From Balanoglossus misakiensis (taxonomy: Eukaryota > Animalia > Hemichordata), in assembly GCA_040954595.2 (NCBI GenBank), contig CM082580.2, positions 8,038,390 through 8,102,389 of the forward strand: 64,000 bases of DNA, read 5' to 3'. Made by a program: the position numbers and the translations under genes. Positions 12,037 to 25,800 of this stretch are shown here, piece by piece (position 1 is the stretch's first letter; every line of letters begins with the position of its first letter). A model generated the notes under the pieces. The model saw nothing but the letters and a program-made list of their open reading frames with translations. It was not told where the DNA came from and did not search any database.

Positions 12037-13982
12037 AGCGCCGCCTTCATTGCGCACATTCGTTACCATGGCAATGTCCAGCGACGGCGGTACCTTGTCG
12101 GCCGCGCTGCGCACTATAGTTTGCGTCACAGTGGCCTGGAAATGGGGACAGACACAAGTACCTTGGCCGGGGATGCCTTATAGGCGGGGATCTACCTCAT
12201 CAGAGGAGAAAGAGAGAGGGGAGCGAGAGAGAGAGAGGGGGGAGGGGATAATAACGAACAGGAAACATCCAAGAACTTCAGTTTGAGATACGTATACTGC
12301 TATGATATAACGGTACACTGTTACCTAAAGAACGAATGACAAAAGTCCTTGCGGTCCAAGTGACGGCGACATAGTATGGCAGTCTCATGTCAGAAATGAC
12401 CAACAGACGTACACGTGTGAGGAAGGATGAAGGGAGCTTTGGGAAAAAGATCACTGTAAACTCTTGCTCTTAGTTTAATCGTGGTCGATTAATGTCAGGC
12501 CAAGGAAAAATGTGGTGACCCTCTCCCACATTGCACCATCCCCCCACCCCCCCCCCCACCCCGGTTAATTCTGCCAATGCCCTTATACAGGTCGTGGCTC
12601 TTCTTAACTAGTAGAGGTAGCTCTGACAAAATATCACGATATAGGCCGGGCATTCTGTTGAAATTTTGAAACAAAACTTTGGCGACGAGGAGTTCTCTGT
12701 TACAATATCCCGACTTTTAGATTTTCTTCTTCCGCCTACGATTTCAGCGAAGTAATTTTTATCAATAGAGTCCATTCAACAGCAAAAAATCATCTTTTTC
12801 AAATAAATATCATGGTTTCCGTTTATGTCTACATATCGCAGTCGACTCCGCCGAGCTTCTTCTTCGCGAGCTGTAAAATCTCCTGGTTGTCGCCCTTTGT
12901 ACGAATGAATGAATCTCGTTTTGACGGAAGTTACAAGGAATGAACGAACAAGTCCTTTGATGGGGGCCTTTTCCTTTCAACGCACTTCCGACAATTTCGA
13001 GAAGAGTGCAGATACCGCTGGAAACAATTACGTCGTTTGTTGCAAGTTTCTTCATTTGAACAGCACCCCAACCCATGTTTTCGTTCATATATTTAGTTTC
13101 GGAGTGATTGTACAAAGCCTTGGGCTGATAACATACAATTTCATTGGCGTTGGAATACATGCACTTTGCACAGTGTTTGTGACAGCTGTCGACAAAGATT
13201 CAACACACGCGTGAAGCCATCAACGCAGACTTAAATAGGACTAGGCAATTTTCTTCATCATACATGAATTCACTGTGTGTTATCAGTCCCCCCTTCACGG
13301 TTAGCTACTATCTTCCAAGGACGATATGATTTCTCTCATTCACAGTATGGATTGCTTGGCTGACACACTGAGAATTACTTTTGACTATTGAGAAAAGAAT
13401 CTGTCGCAACGAGTCTGCTATTCCCCTGCAAGGGGGAATGGGTCAATGCACACAGTGTCCAGCAGCATGTGTCATAGGCCTGAGAGAGAGAGCGGAGATA
13501 AGGGTCACAGGTAAAAGTGTCACTATTTCTTATACCATCAAATTTATTGTCAATTTCTTACAGTTAATGTTCTGGAGGAAAAATAAACAACAATCCATCT
13601 TTTTTTCTGACAAGTTTTATCTAACATGTCACATTCTCCCTAGTGAACTCGCTACTACCTTTGTTATCCTGGAAATGAAAAATTGAAATAAAAACAACTG
13701 AATCGAATTAGATTTTGTACAGAAAACGAAATATTGGCTGTACATGCAAGAAAATTGCCAAACAACATATACCACTTCAAGGAACGGGGCGCCCTCTGCA
13801 GGCAGTATTCAAGGTGGTGGAAATTTGGACTACCGTTTCAGCTGCTGTTTCGTTGCTACCGTTTGGTGGCAAGAATTTCTGCGAAATTCTAATAATGTGA
13901 ACTCATATTCCATTTATTCATTGTGAAACAGCAGCAATGAAGGCAAAAACAAATAGGGATAGCTATAAAGTTGGGCGTCGAA

Positions 13983-14000
13983 CAGCGCCATCTAGAGGCA
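13983..14000 (-). promoter_or_regulatory. CTCF-like motif
   Basis: TGCCTCTAGATGGCGCTG on - resembles the CTCF core CCASYAGRKGGCRC; intergenic between the GPCR and AMPK-gamma. Confidence 0.5.
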
Positions 14001-16849
14001 TCAAGGATGCAGAAAATTTAATAAGAAACCATGGTTGCATACAAGATGGCAAGGGACTGTCTTAGATTGTCACGTACATTCAAGAAAAGACGTTTAACAC
14101 TTACATTCGACCAAAACCCCTCCTGACTCCGATAATAAATCGCGTGTGCAGTTGATCAAAAGTCATGTTTGCTACTAAGTCTAAACGAACAAATTATGCC
14201 CTTTTGAAAGTATGTGACAATCCATGACAGTCCCAGAAGAGAAACGAAAATTCTCAAACTACCCACAAATACTAGTCTCTTGATTCAACACTGGTATGCT
14301 CCTTGAAATCTTTATACACACACCAGCTCATGAAACTGAGCGAGTGACGGAATCTGTCACATCTTCAAAAGAAAATCCTTCTCCGTTTCACTAAAACTAT
14401 AATACAATCCCTGCAATATATATTTTTAAAAAGTACATCGTCATTTTTTTTAAACAGCAAGATGCTTCCACTGGTAAGGAATACAATACGTCTGTGAACA
14501 ATAGAGTTGGCTTCGTATGATTTGTCGTCTTCCGGCTGACGGTTCATGCACTTGACTTTGGACACTCTGCAACATGACACCACCTCTTGCTGGTGTCACT
14601 TTAAATTTGCTCACAAACATATTTCGGGTGACTTTTGTAAATGGCAAAAGTAAACAAACATAAATAAAAACTGTTGAGAAGTCCTTCATTCCTGAGTTTG
14701 ACTCAGAGAGGAGTCCTTTCACAAACGTCATGACTGAGGAATGATATTCACTGGTTCACTACTTGTGGTGGTCGAGCTGATAACCGTACAGTATCCAAAC
14801 TGGTGTAAATGTCTTGGAATATTTTCAAACAGAATTTCAGGTAGACTAGTATGTACCGGTAGCAAGGTTCAGTTTTCGTTATTTGTACTTGAAAACTGCA
14901 AATATATCAACTTTGTGACCAACAGTGCAGTTGGAAAAGCCCAAAACGGATAAATCACCAAATTGAATATGAACCTAAAAATCACAGAAATTTTATAAGT
15001 GAGTTAATGATGTATTTGAAGTGATTTTTGGCTGGATTTGACCCATGACCCTGTTTTCCCAGCATTCCCTTGTACCACACTGGAAGTAAACAATCTGATT
15101 TGGCTATGAAATAAAACAGTGTGGCAAACGACCGAATGATTCATCATCAACATGATACAAATTTATGACAAATTTGCTTAATACACTATTCATGAACTTT
15201 TTGGCGTTTGGTGGCGGCGTTGGGGAGGGGTGTGTTCAAATTTCGAAGTTACAATCTAGAGAGCAGAAAAGCTATCATGTTTGTACAATGTACATGCACA
15301 CGCCTCTTTAACACTGAAGGAGCAGAGATCTCTGACTTGTCTTACCGACGATGACGGTAGCGCCGCGAAGTCAGACAAGACAGTGGCACACTTTGGCACA
15401 CACAGTAATTCACTGGTATTCAGCGTGAACAGACTGGTTAAAAAATCAGCCCACTCTAACAATGTCCTTGCCAGATGCACACTGTTTGTCAGACATGTCA
15501 CACACATGACCTACTCACTTTTTTGTTCCATTGGCATCAAAATTTATTCAAATTCTAGAAGAGTACAGATTAGAAATTACCCTATTGCTAAGTCATTTCA
15601 TCCATGGGAGAACATACACTTGACCCGATCAACTTTTTCAGAAATAAAAATTTACATACAAGACGTAATTTTCTAATTTGTCTACTACACATGCCAGAAA
15701 CGATTTATTTAGCATTCATTGCCTGGGGCAAAATATTTTATCGTGTTTAATTTCTTGACTATTATTTATACACGGCTAAACTTCACAATCTCGTGTACGA
15801 TTTTCTATGATACAGATTCGAATACAGACACAGTCTGTAGTCCGAAGTCATTCAAATATGCACACTCAAGCAACAAACAAGAACGTGAAAAACAAAATCT
15901 TGAATGAGTACTTTCTGATTGGATACACAGATACATGTACATTGTAAAACATGGCAGCTCTTCTAATCATTAGCATATTGGTTCAATTTGCACCTGTTAC
16001 ACTGTTTAGCGTCAACAGCAACAATTGATCAGAAAACAAATTCAACATTCTTATCTTTTTAAAATATATCTACATGAAAATATTTACACTTAACAGTCAC
16101 CGTCCTCCCAAGATTGGAAAGTCTCGGGGAAATATTCTTTAATTTAATTTCTAAGGGGTATTAAGAGCGCAAATCATGTTACGTTCCAAAGCTTGGGTGC
16201 TGTTAACCTTTTAGACCCTGTTTGATAAGACGACATCACAGATATTCTGAGTGGGGTAATGTCGCCCTCTGTGAACATCATTCCGACTGCCTTTGTTTTT
16301 TTTCAAGGTTGCTATTTCCATATTTGGCCTTCTGCAATCTGCTGATACGCGCTCTTTCGGCAGAAACGAAAATCTCGCTGTTCTTCCGCAAAGTCTGGCA
16401 AGATTGCAGAGAACAGCGACTGAATAGCATGTCGTAGTCAGCGCGATGAAAATAACTTCCCGTACAACAAAAAACAAGAGGAGAAATTCTGCCGTTCCTC
16501 TTTCATAGCTTGACACTTCTTTGAAGTTGAATCTAAAACTGACTGCTGTCTGCAGGCTGTACTGCACCAGCAATGGTGGAGGAGCAAACTGAGAGAATCG
16601 GTGGCCCCATTTGCATAACAGTGGTTGTCCCAGCCTTCACAAGAGGTACACTGCAAGGTCACTGCAAGGTCATGGAGTGTGTGTGTGTGTGTTGTGGAAA
16701 AGTCGCACATCAGCGTTCCCAGTTTTCGAAACTTGGAAAAAATCAATATATTGTGTAGTTTGTTGATTGATTGATTGGAAGCCTTATTTTTGTTACACTG
16801 TGGCATTATAACTGTTTCAGCCTGAATGACGATCAGGAGGGGTTCACAC

Positions 16850-19800
16850 TTAATCCAAACCTGTGAAATAAACAAATCAGTTGTCAGTTGGGTTTTTAAA
16901 ATAGAACTATCGTGAGCTGAGAATAATTTCCAACTTAGTCAAATAATAGTGTTTCATATTTTACCATGTCTTTTGCACCACTTACCTGCTTGCTTTAACA
17001 CTAAGAAATTGAGAATATCTGATAACGACACAACACCTATAACATGTTGATTTTTGTCAACTATGACAAGCCGATGTACCTGGAAAAAAAACCAAAATAA
17101 ATAAAATTAATTTATTGGTACATTTTAAATTAAAAGTTGATTTCATAATGATAAAACCTTTACAAATCATTTAATTATACACTTATTTATATTTGAGATT
17201 TTCCAGTTTTACCTGAGAACACAGAGACTCACCTCAGCATTGACTATTCTTGTTAATATGGTCGCTAGTGTTTCCGTGGGTACGCATTTATGAACACCTT
17301 CAAAGTAGGTCTCTCTGTGTTGTAATGCTTGTTTTATTGAAATGTCCAAGTTATTGTATGTCTTCTCTGCAGCAAGGTTCTACGGAAAGAAAGAGAAGTT
17401 GACAGCTGAGTAGAAGAAGACGGCAGATGGAATTACATAGGTGAGCAGTTGAACTCCGCAGATGAATTTCACCTGGTGAGCAGATGACATCAACAATGTA
17501 GCTAACAAATGAGCAGTTGATATTGTCACATCAACAGACGAAATGAACAGATACAGCAGTAAAACTGACAAGGTGACATTAGCATAAATGCAAATGAAAT
17601 CAACTCAGACAGCAGTATGTTTTTCAGTTAAGGAATTCTACTGGTAAAAAAATATCACAATTTCAAAAGCTTCACTTACAATGACGTCAAATTTGGAGTA
17701 GACGTCAACGACTCGGCCCTGCTCGTCTAATACTGGAAGGGCCGACACTCTCCTCTCCATGAACATTTTCAACGCTATGATCAACGGCGTGTCCGGTGAT
17801 GCCTGTCAACAGTCAACATCGATTGATCAGTGTGTGGTAAATCTATAAGCTGTTATCGAACAAATTCCAAACTGCTTGTATCATGTGGAGAAATTGGATC
17901 AGAAAGTGTGTAAAAAAAAAAATGTCTAGTATGAAAACCACCTGTACACTGTTTACAAAATCTGTGATCTCCCTTGCTGGCGCCCTTTACGGCCAAAAGA
18001 AGGTTAATTTTGCTTACAAATCTATGTTCATCAACTGCAAAGATGGATGGAAACTCACCGTTGCAATGTTTCTGTAGGTGCCTATGCCCAGATCTTCCAG
18101 ACTTCTGTTCATGAACTCGGGAAGTTTGATTTCACGAACCTGAACGAGAGACACCAATAAAAACAAAATATTCAATTTTGAGGCAAATTTATTTCAATCT
18201 ATTTTAGGACTGCTCTTTCAATTTCCTTTTGTTTCTCATCATCAGACCGAGCCTGTTTTGTTTTTTTGCAATTTGTGACCATACAACAAGTGTCATCATG
18301 AATGATGTCCAACCTAGGATTCAGTAAAATTTATTTGAGTAAGACCTTTTCTATATTTTCAAGTATAAACTATTAATACTTTTGTGATACTTTGTTATGA
18401 AGAGATTTTTTTCAATGTTTTTATTGAATTTCAACTGACTCACATAGGCCGTATGATGAGAAACACATTTTTTGAAAGGGTGCCCTCACAGTTATTATCC
18501 ACGCCGCACACTAATTGTTATACAGTAACACTGTCATGAACATGTTAGGAAACACAAGACGATCGCATCCTATTGCACCAACATCCAGGTGAAACCATCC
18601 ACGCTGTATTAGACTGTGTTTGCTGTGCATTGTCGCGTGCATGGTGGATAAAAACAACAAATTATCACAATCAACGGATTAGTTTCCAATGACTTTTCAC
18701 ACCAGTACAGGATACAACCTTTTCTCCCGAGGACGAAGTATCCACCACTGAAAGATTTCCGACACTTTGCATCTGGAAACATATGAAAGGATGGCAGGGG
18801 TTCTACAAATTAAACCCAGCAGGAGACTATGGAAGTCATACACCCATGTCATTCTTCTAAAGCATTGACAGACTCATGGGGGAAAAGTGCAACCTTCGAC
18901 CCTGCAACCTTTGACCTTTGATGAAATTCCAGATTCCCATGATGCACCCCTTTAAATAAAACCCTTCCAATGAGCAACTTTCCTCAGTTTCAAAGAACAG
19001 CTGATTTGAGTACAATTACTGGCAAACTGAAGGATGCAATATACACAGCATATGTTTTGTATGTTGCACCCTTAATAACCAGATAGAAATATTAACGTCC
19101 GTACTGGGTAAACCAATGTCCCCCCCCCCCCCCCCTCAAATTCAGAAGTCCCTAAAACCATATTTGAAAATTCTTGCATGGTTTCTGTAGAATTAAAACA
19201 AAACAAAACAAATGAAGTACTCACATAGAGGTATACGTATCTGAGTATTCGTTTATGTGTGAGTATGTAGAGGACGTTGCCCGTCTGTCTGTCAATAACA
19301 GGAAGCCTATGAATCTTGTTCTTGATGAGAATACGAACAGCATCAAATAGACTGGAATACAACAACACCACCAGGTTAAGACTGTGAAATGTGATTTATA
19401 GCAATGGGTGAACAAGAAACAATATATTTCTTAGAACATAAATGGATTCTTTTCAATAAAAAAAGATTAAGAAAACAAGAGATTTTAAGAGGATACATTC
19501 TCAAACAATTAATGCACACAGAAGTAGAACTGTAATCAGTGGCCGCAGTAACCGACACAGAAAAGAAAAAAAAGATTACCCACCTCTCATCTGGTCCAAT
19601 TGACACTAAGGATCTCCCCCTGTTTTGAAGTACGTCTGTGGAGAAAAAAAGAGAGAATAAATAAACATTATTATGAGTGCGATACACGTGCATGAAACAG
19701 CGGTGTTTGTCTGTTGTTCCGCCAAACTCATATACCGTCACAGCGGGTACTTTGCCAGGTGACGTCAACCGGTATAACAGACCTGAATATTAAGGTAATT

Positions 19801-22800
19801 TATCTATGCCGGTATTTGAAATGTTACGTTTCATCATGGAGTTCATAAACCTCAACATTTTTCCAAGAGACACAATTACTGTTTTGTGTATATCCTGATA
19901 TGGTTAAAAGGGCGCGACTAAAATGTCTGACCACAAGGTGGCGCACTATATAAGACAGAATGATCATTCCCGTTCTTTTCCTTTAGAGGACCTTATCTCT
20001 ACTGAGCCAACATCAAACACATAAAAGCAAACAGATTACTCTCCCACAAAGATGGACGGACTCCCCTGGAGCCCTGTGACCTAGTGTCCTTCACGTCCAT
20101 GTACAGCACAACATTTCACATTACTATCCCAAACACATTCCATTCCTTTATTTATTTTTAATCAATTCCTGGCATTTCATTTATTTTCCCTTAGAACTTG
20201 CTGAACTGAACGGCATATCAAAGTGTTGTTGCTTTTTTCAGATCAGACAAAAGATTATTATTCTGGTGCAGAAGTGACGTTCACTGAAGCTCATGATTTG
20301 CCATGAATTAAAGCCCCAGACTGGAATTTACGGCTTAAACTGCTTTAAAAGTCAAGGAAGTTCACAGTATAATGCCCTTGAGGCATCTAGAATTTTGATA
20401 TCCTTCTTTCAAGTATTTGAAAGCAGAAAATTTCCCATTGTAATGTTCCGCACTATAATTTTCTGAATCAAATCTTCGTATAAAAATAATGTGATACACA
20501 GCACTTATTTTAACTTGATTCTTAACACTGAATTTGATAATTTATTGACACAAAAAGAGGTCAAGTTCAAGTGTTTCAGGCATTTGACCTTTGACATTCT
20601 GATGCTCTGCCAGTCTATATTTAGACACAACTCTTTGCTTGCAAGACTTTGAATTCTAATACATTTCTGACCTTTGATCTTTTACCTCCCTTCCGTCATG
20701 TTAATATCAAAATCCTGGGTGAGTCTTTAAGACTGAGACTCTACCTTGTCCAGTAAAATTTCGTTGATTCAGTCTCCATGGAAACAGATTTAACTGCACG
20801 ATATCTATTTTTGATGAGCCTCAAACTATCAGCAGTAAATCACATGTCAAAGGTCACAAGTCTTAGAATAAAGCGAACAATTTAGCGAACATGGTAGAAA
20901 CCTAAAGTCAGATTCAAGACCAAGTCACGGAAGCTCACATTTGTTTCAATAAACATATCTGATATTTCAGATTTTTTCGAATAAGCACACAATGTGATAT
21001 TTCATTTTATTATTAAATTAGTATTGATTCAATGATAGGAATTTAGGTCACGTAACCATAGTTACCCAGGTCTTTTATGTTTCCTTTTGTTTGGCAGATG
21101 AGAAATGAGATCAACTTGAGAAACCTCAGCCTGCACAATATTTGACAATTGGCCATTTCTCCCCATCTACGTACACAGGACTCAATTTGTCTACACCCCC
21201 TCTACACCACATTGAACCCAAGTGGAAACTCATCTTCCCAGCGAGCAAACACTTGGCTGTGTGGCAAACACTGAAATACAGTGTCAAGGCCACTAATACT
21301 ACACAATGCCTACCAGGAAAGATTCGCCCAGTTCCATCAACGAGAAATGATAATACTGAATATTTTAAAAAATGAGCTCTTACCCCTCCAGGTTTCTATT
21401 TTGTGTTCTTCTAATTCATCCATTTTAACCTGGTAATGAGAGGGATCAAGATCACATTAGAAAACAAAATAAAATACATGAATGTACTGTGTCCTCACAG
21501 TTGGTTTGGTCTGTTTGAACTTTTTTTCCAGTGAGAAACAACCCACACTAAGATACCAAGCACACTCCTTTCAGCCAACTCTGTTGGGGGAATAGGTTAC
21601 TTGCATCAATCGTACCACAGACTGTCTGAATATAGAGCTCGCAGCTCAGCAAAAGATGTCATTTGGTAAGTACTTCTCGACCCTGTGACCTTTAATAAGG
21701 GAATACAATAACTTCTAATTAACTTATGCTCATATATGGTTAAAAGGTTGCGTCTGCATCTTCTCATGTCTATTTTTTTTCTTGCATGGCCACCCAGTGA
21801 AAATCTGCCATTGGCCACATCAGTTCACTTTCCATGGCAACTGTGGTTAAATTTGCATGACAGTATGCTGTTAACAGGGACACACAGGAATAAGGAGCAA
21901 GGGGGCTTTTTTGCGCTGCCGAAGGGGATTCTGTTTCTAATGAATGTCAAAGAGTCGAGGTGTGCCATACCCACAATTCAATTACATATTGACCTTTTTA
22001 ATGAAGACCAAAGTGGCTGATCATGAAAGTTTTTTTGTGCAATTAGAGAAAGAAACTGAAATGTGTGTTTGCAAAAAAATAACTTTCTCTGGCTAACTGG
22101 GCCCAAGGAGACACCTGCCTGAAGCATACTGCAACCACCATAACGTATACACCCTCTCACCCCCACATCCCTCTGCTGAAGTCCAACTTTACAATATAAA
22201 ACTGTGGAGTTGGACCGAACCATAGTGGGACTGAAAGGGTTTAAACTGAACTTACGAGCAAGATGTCTATCCAGCGACAAAGGAGACTGACGCAGCAAGG
22301 TTTTGACACTCCTATTCACTAACGTTATTTCATACAACTAATACTCGATTGTTATAAATGGTCCAGTTCGATCCACGCGTCAGGTAACAGGGGTGACTGG
22401 GGTCACCAGTGCTTTGTCCCTTCCTCTATACTCAAAACTCATTGAAATGCACATTTAATTTACAGATGCAGGCAGTGTGATTTTCTCAGAGCTTTGTGCA
22501 AAGACTTCAATACCTTATTAGAATTCACATCACAGCTATCAGTGAGTCGGGAGGGAAATGCTCTGATACTGAAAATCAAGGGATTTTCATCATCTATTCT
22601 CCGTTTGCTGATTTGCATGCAGCGCTGCAAAGATCTTGTGGGGGGAAACCGTCTTGTGGGTCCAAATCGTTTCATTATGGGCACCAGCGGCGATAATTGC
22701 AATTACAAGGTTTAAACTGATTTTAATTTTCATCCCTATGTCATCAAATATATGTAGCGACATGTCTCAGTTAGAGTACAGACACTGTTTTGTTATCGAG

Positions 22801-25800
22801 TGAGGTGAGGCCTGGCCTTCTGCCATCCAGACCTGTACAATGGAGTGTGCAATTCACAGCAGCAAAATACACAAGTGACAAACCATCACTGGATTATACA
22901 AGCGAGCTATAATTGTTAATCAGATTATGTGCATGTACACAGGTTACATTGTAGAGAACTACTTTTAATACCATCAATATTGAGCGAATAGCAAAACATT
23001 ATTTTTTTTTACTCTACGCATCAATAAAATACATCCTCAGTGCATTTACATTACCTAGGCAGTCAACAATTGTACTTGACCCAGTCAATGACAATTACTG
23101 ATCTCAAGTATCTTTTTGCACTGTGGAATTTTTAAAAGACTCGGCATCTGGTTCTACAGTACAACATCAAGACATGGGTTCATTCTATTTTTTTTTACAA
23201 ATCATATATTACATTCACCATGTCAATAATTTCAGAGAATAATTAAAGCAAACAATACTTACTAAAGGTGACTTGTAATAAAATTGAAGAATATTAATAA
23301 AATCTGTAATTGTTAACATTCCTGTGGGTGAAAAAAAACAGAGAGATAAGCATTGTCATTTCTGACATATTAAATATTTATTTCAATAAAAAAATGAATG
23401 AGTGATGAGTTTGTGATGTTTCTTTGATGTTTGTGCAAATTCCTGAATTCCTGTATTATTCATAATCCCACCCTACAGTTTTCTAATGGATTCTTTGATG
23501 AGTGATTGTACTGTCAGCAAAGGATAGCATTGTGATATTCAAAGCCAGCCTGCGGTATTCAAATATAGTTGATAAATTGTTGTTTACTGGGGGAATAATA
23601 CGCCAGTTGAAAAAATCTCTGGGTCTGTCAGCTCTCAGTCTGACCTAATAACACAATTTCATCAAGTGCAGCGTTTGTGCGCACCCAGTCTCTGAGTCAC
23701 TGTCTGCTAAGACTGCCTTATGAGCACTGTCTCAGAGAAACGTGCTGAAATTCTCTGGTAAATACGGCTCCACTGATATTGTCTTATCGTTAATAATTCA
23801 TGGCAGCTGCGTGATGGCCCCGGGGCACGCGATAAAAAACAATTTCGACTTTTATATACTTAGTGCGAAAGTACGTGGACTTCGCACCGAAAAAAAGACA
23901 CAACTGCAGGATTGTTTTCTCTCTCTGATTGCTATATCCGTGGTTAGTGATAGAATCTGTGATGTGGAGTTAACGGTAATCTGTCACTTACCTACGAAAT
24001 CCTGCTTCGTGTTGTCCCATAACGGCGCTGCTCGGACACCATTATAAACTAATGCAAAAAACGCTTTCTTTACCTGATGAGGAAAGACAGAAAATGGCCG
24101 TCAGATTAAGAGGTTGATAAGGTCGGCACTACAATCAGAGGTTATAAACAGCAAGCGAGAGTACTGAAAAATGGGAAATCATTCTCGTATTTATTCTGGC
24201 GGCCATTTTGAATTGGAAATTTAATATTCTAACTTGCTGGCATTATCTGCTTTCTTCAAACATTTACACGATGGCTCAGGTTTCCCCCCATTTTTGTTCA
24301 AAAGTAAATAATCCTAGTTTCCCTCCTATATGAAGCAAATCTGACTTTTCCGTTCCATTCCAATGATCCCTGTTGCATTGACGTGTAACTTCAGATTTCA
24401 GCTTCGGTGTGTACTACAGTACTATTCAAATTGTTTTATATCAGCATGACATCCCTCATAGAAAGCGTTTCCCTCTGCAAATTGGCATAATTTTCCGTGG
24501 AGACTGGGCATCACCTGGTCTGGTTCAAAAGGTGCCGCCTGTGATTGCAAAGCTGGGGGTGATGTGTAGCTTGCTTATTTTACTCATTCCAGACAGAAAT
24601 TACAGACCATAGACAACACGTCAGACTCGTCTCCCTACATTAACATACTAAAACAAGATTGTATTTGAACATAAAAATCTGAGCCTTACCAGTAACTGAG
24701 TATCAAAAACAACCAGTTTAGAACTTGTGGGTATAAGATCGTAACACCGGTGACCTTTCATAAATTTAACAAATGCTAGGCTGTCATCTGTGAAAAAAAG
24801 AAGAAACACTTCAGTGGTAAATTCACAAGAAAATTATACAGTTTTTATTTTAATTTAATCTCTTACCATTTCCAATAACATCTCTTCACTGTATAGAAAA
24901 CAGAGATTACACTGTAAACAATGATTCACCCTCAAATGGATAATCAACATGTTTCTGTGAAGACTCAACAAGTATATGCACCATGCCCAGCATTTCCATG
25001 GGGGCAGCCATTTTTAAGTGTGATACCCATTTATTATATATATTGTTAAAACTTGAACACACAGTCCCAATCAGAGGTTAGTAAACCTGTGCATTCCATC
25101 ATTGAGAAATAAGACACAAAGTTACTCACTGCACTCCAAAAAATACTTAAAGCACACAAAAGGCAAATATCATTGATTTCATTATATTTACATCTGATGC
25201 AAAGTTCTACTTATTTCAATAAAATGAAATAGTTATTAATTCACTAACATTTAATTACCCTAGCTCACATCAGATGATGACAAAATTGTTCTCACGATTA
25301 TTTACATCGAGGAAAAAGTTCTGATAAATTCTCTTTTACGTAAACAGACACCGAAAGAGATAAGGATATCAAATAGGACCTACCCTCATCATCGATGTCC
25401 ATGTTTTCCAGCCCGGGATCTGAACTGGAGAACTGAAAAGACAAACAGACAAACACGTCACTCTCGGAATGGAGGCCAGCTGAGGGATTAGAAGGGTGTG
25501 AAACGCACACACACACACTCACACACCAACCAGCAATAGCTGAGAGCATTACATTGCACTCCACTGAGATCATGTGATGATGGGGGAAAAATGAACACGA
25601 ACGTACAAACTCCAAAACAACATTTAATATAAATCCAAGCGTCTGGTGCAATAGTAATGTGATGAAAATGGAGAAAGCAATATACTAAGGGCCCACGCAT
25701 GCTGTGAAGTGCACCCAGTGTGAAATCATTGTGTCCACAACAATAACCAACGGGTCACAAAAAAGGTTACAAGAACTGAATGCCGAAAGTTCACTACAAA

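Noticed and set aside
21066-21130. Possible 65-nt alternative exon in an AMPK-gamma intron
   Set aside because: Phase does not match the host intron, the donor is weak, and it would disrupt the CBS1-CBS2 linker.
24867-24888. Possible microexon with cag acceptor and gtaaga donor
   Set aside because: 22 nt breaks the frame; a 15-nt in-frame version needs a weak GAG acceptor. Unsupported without RNA data.
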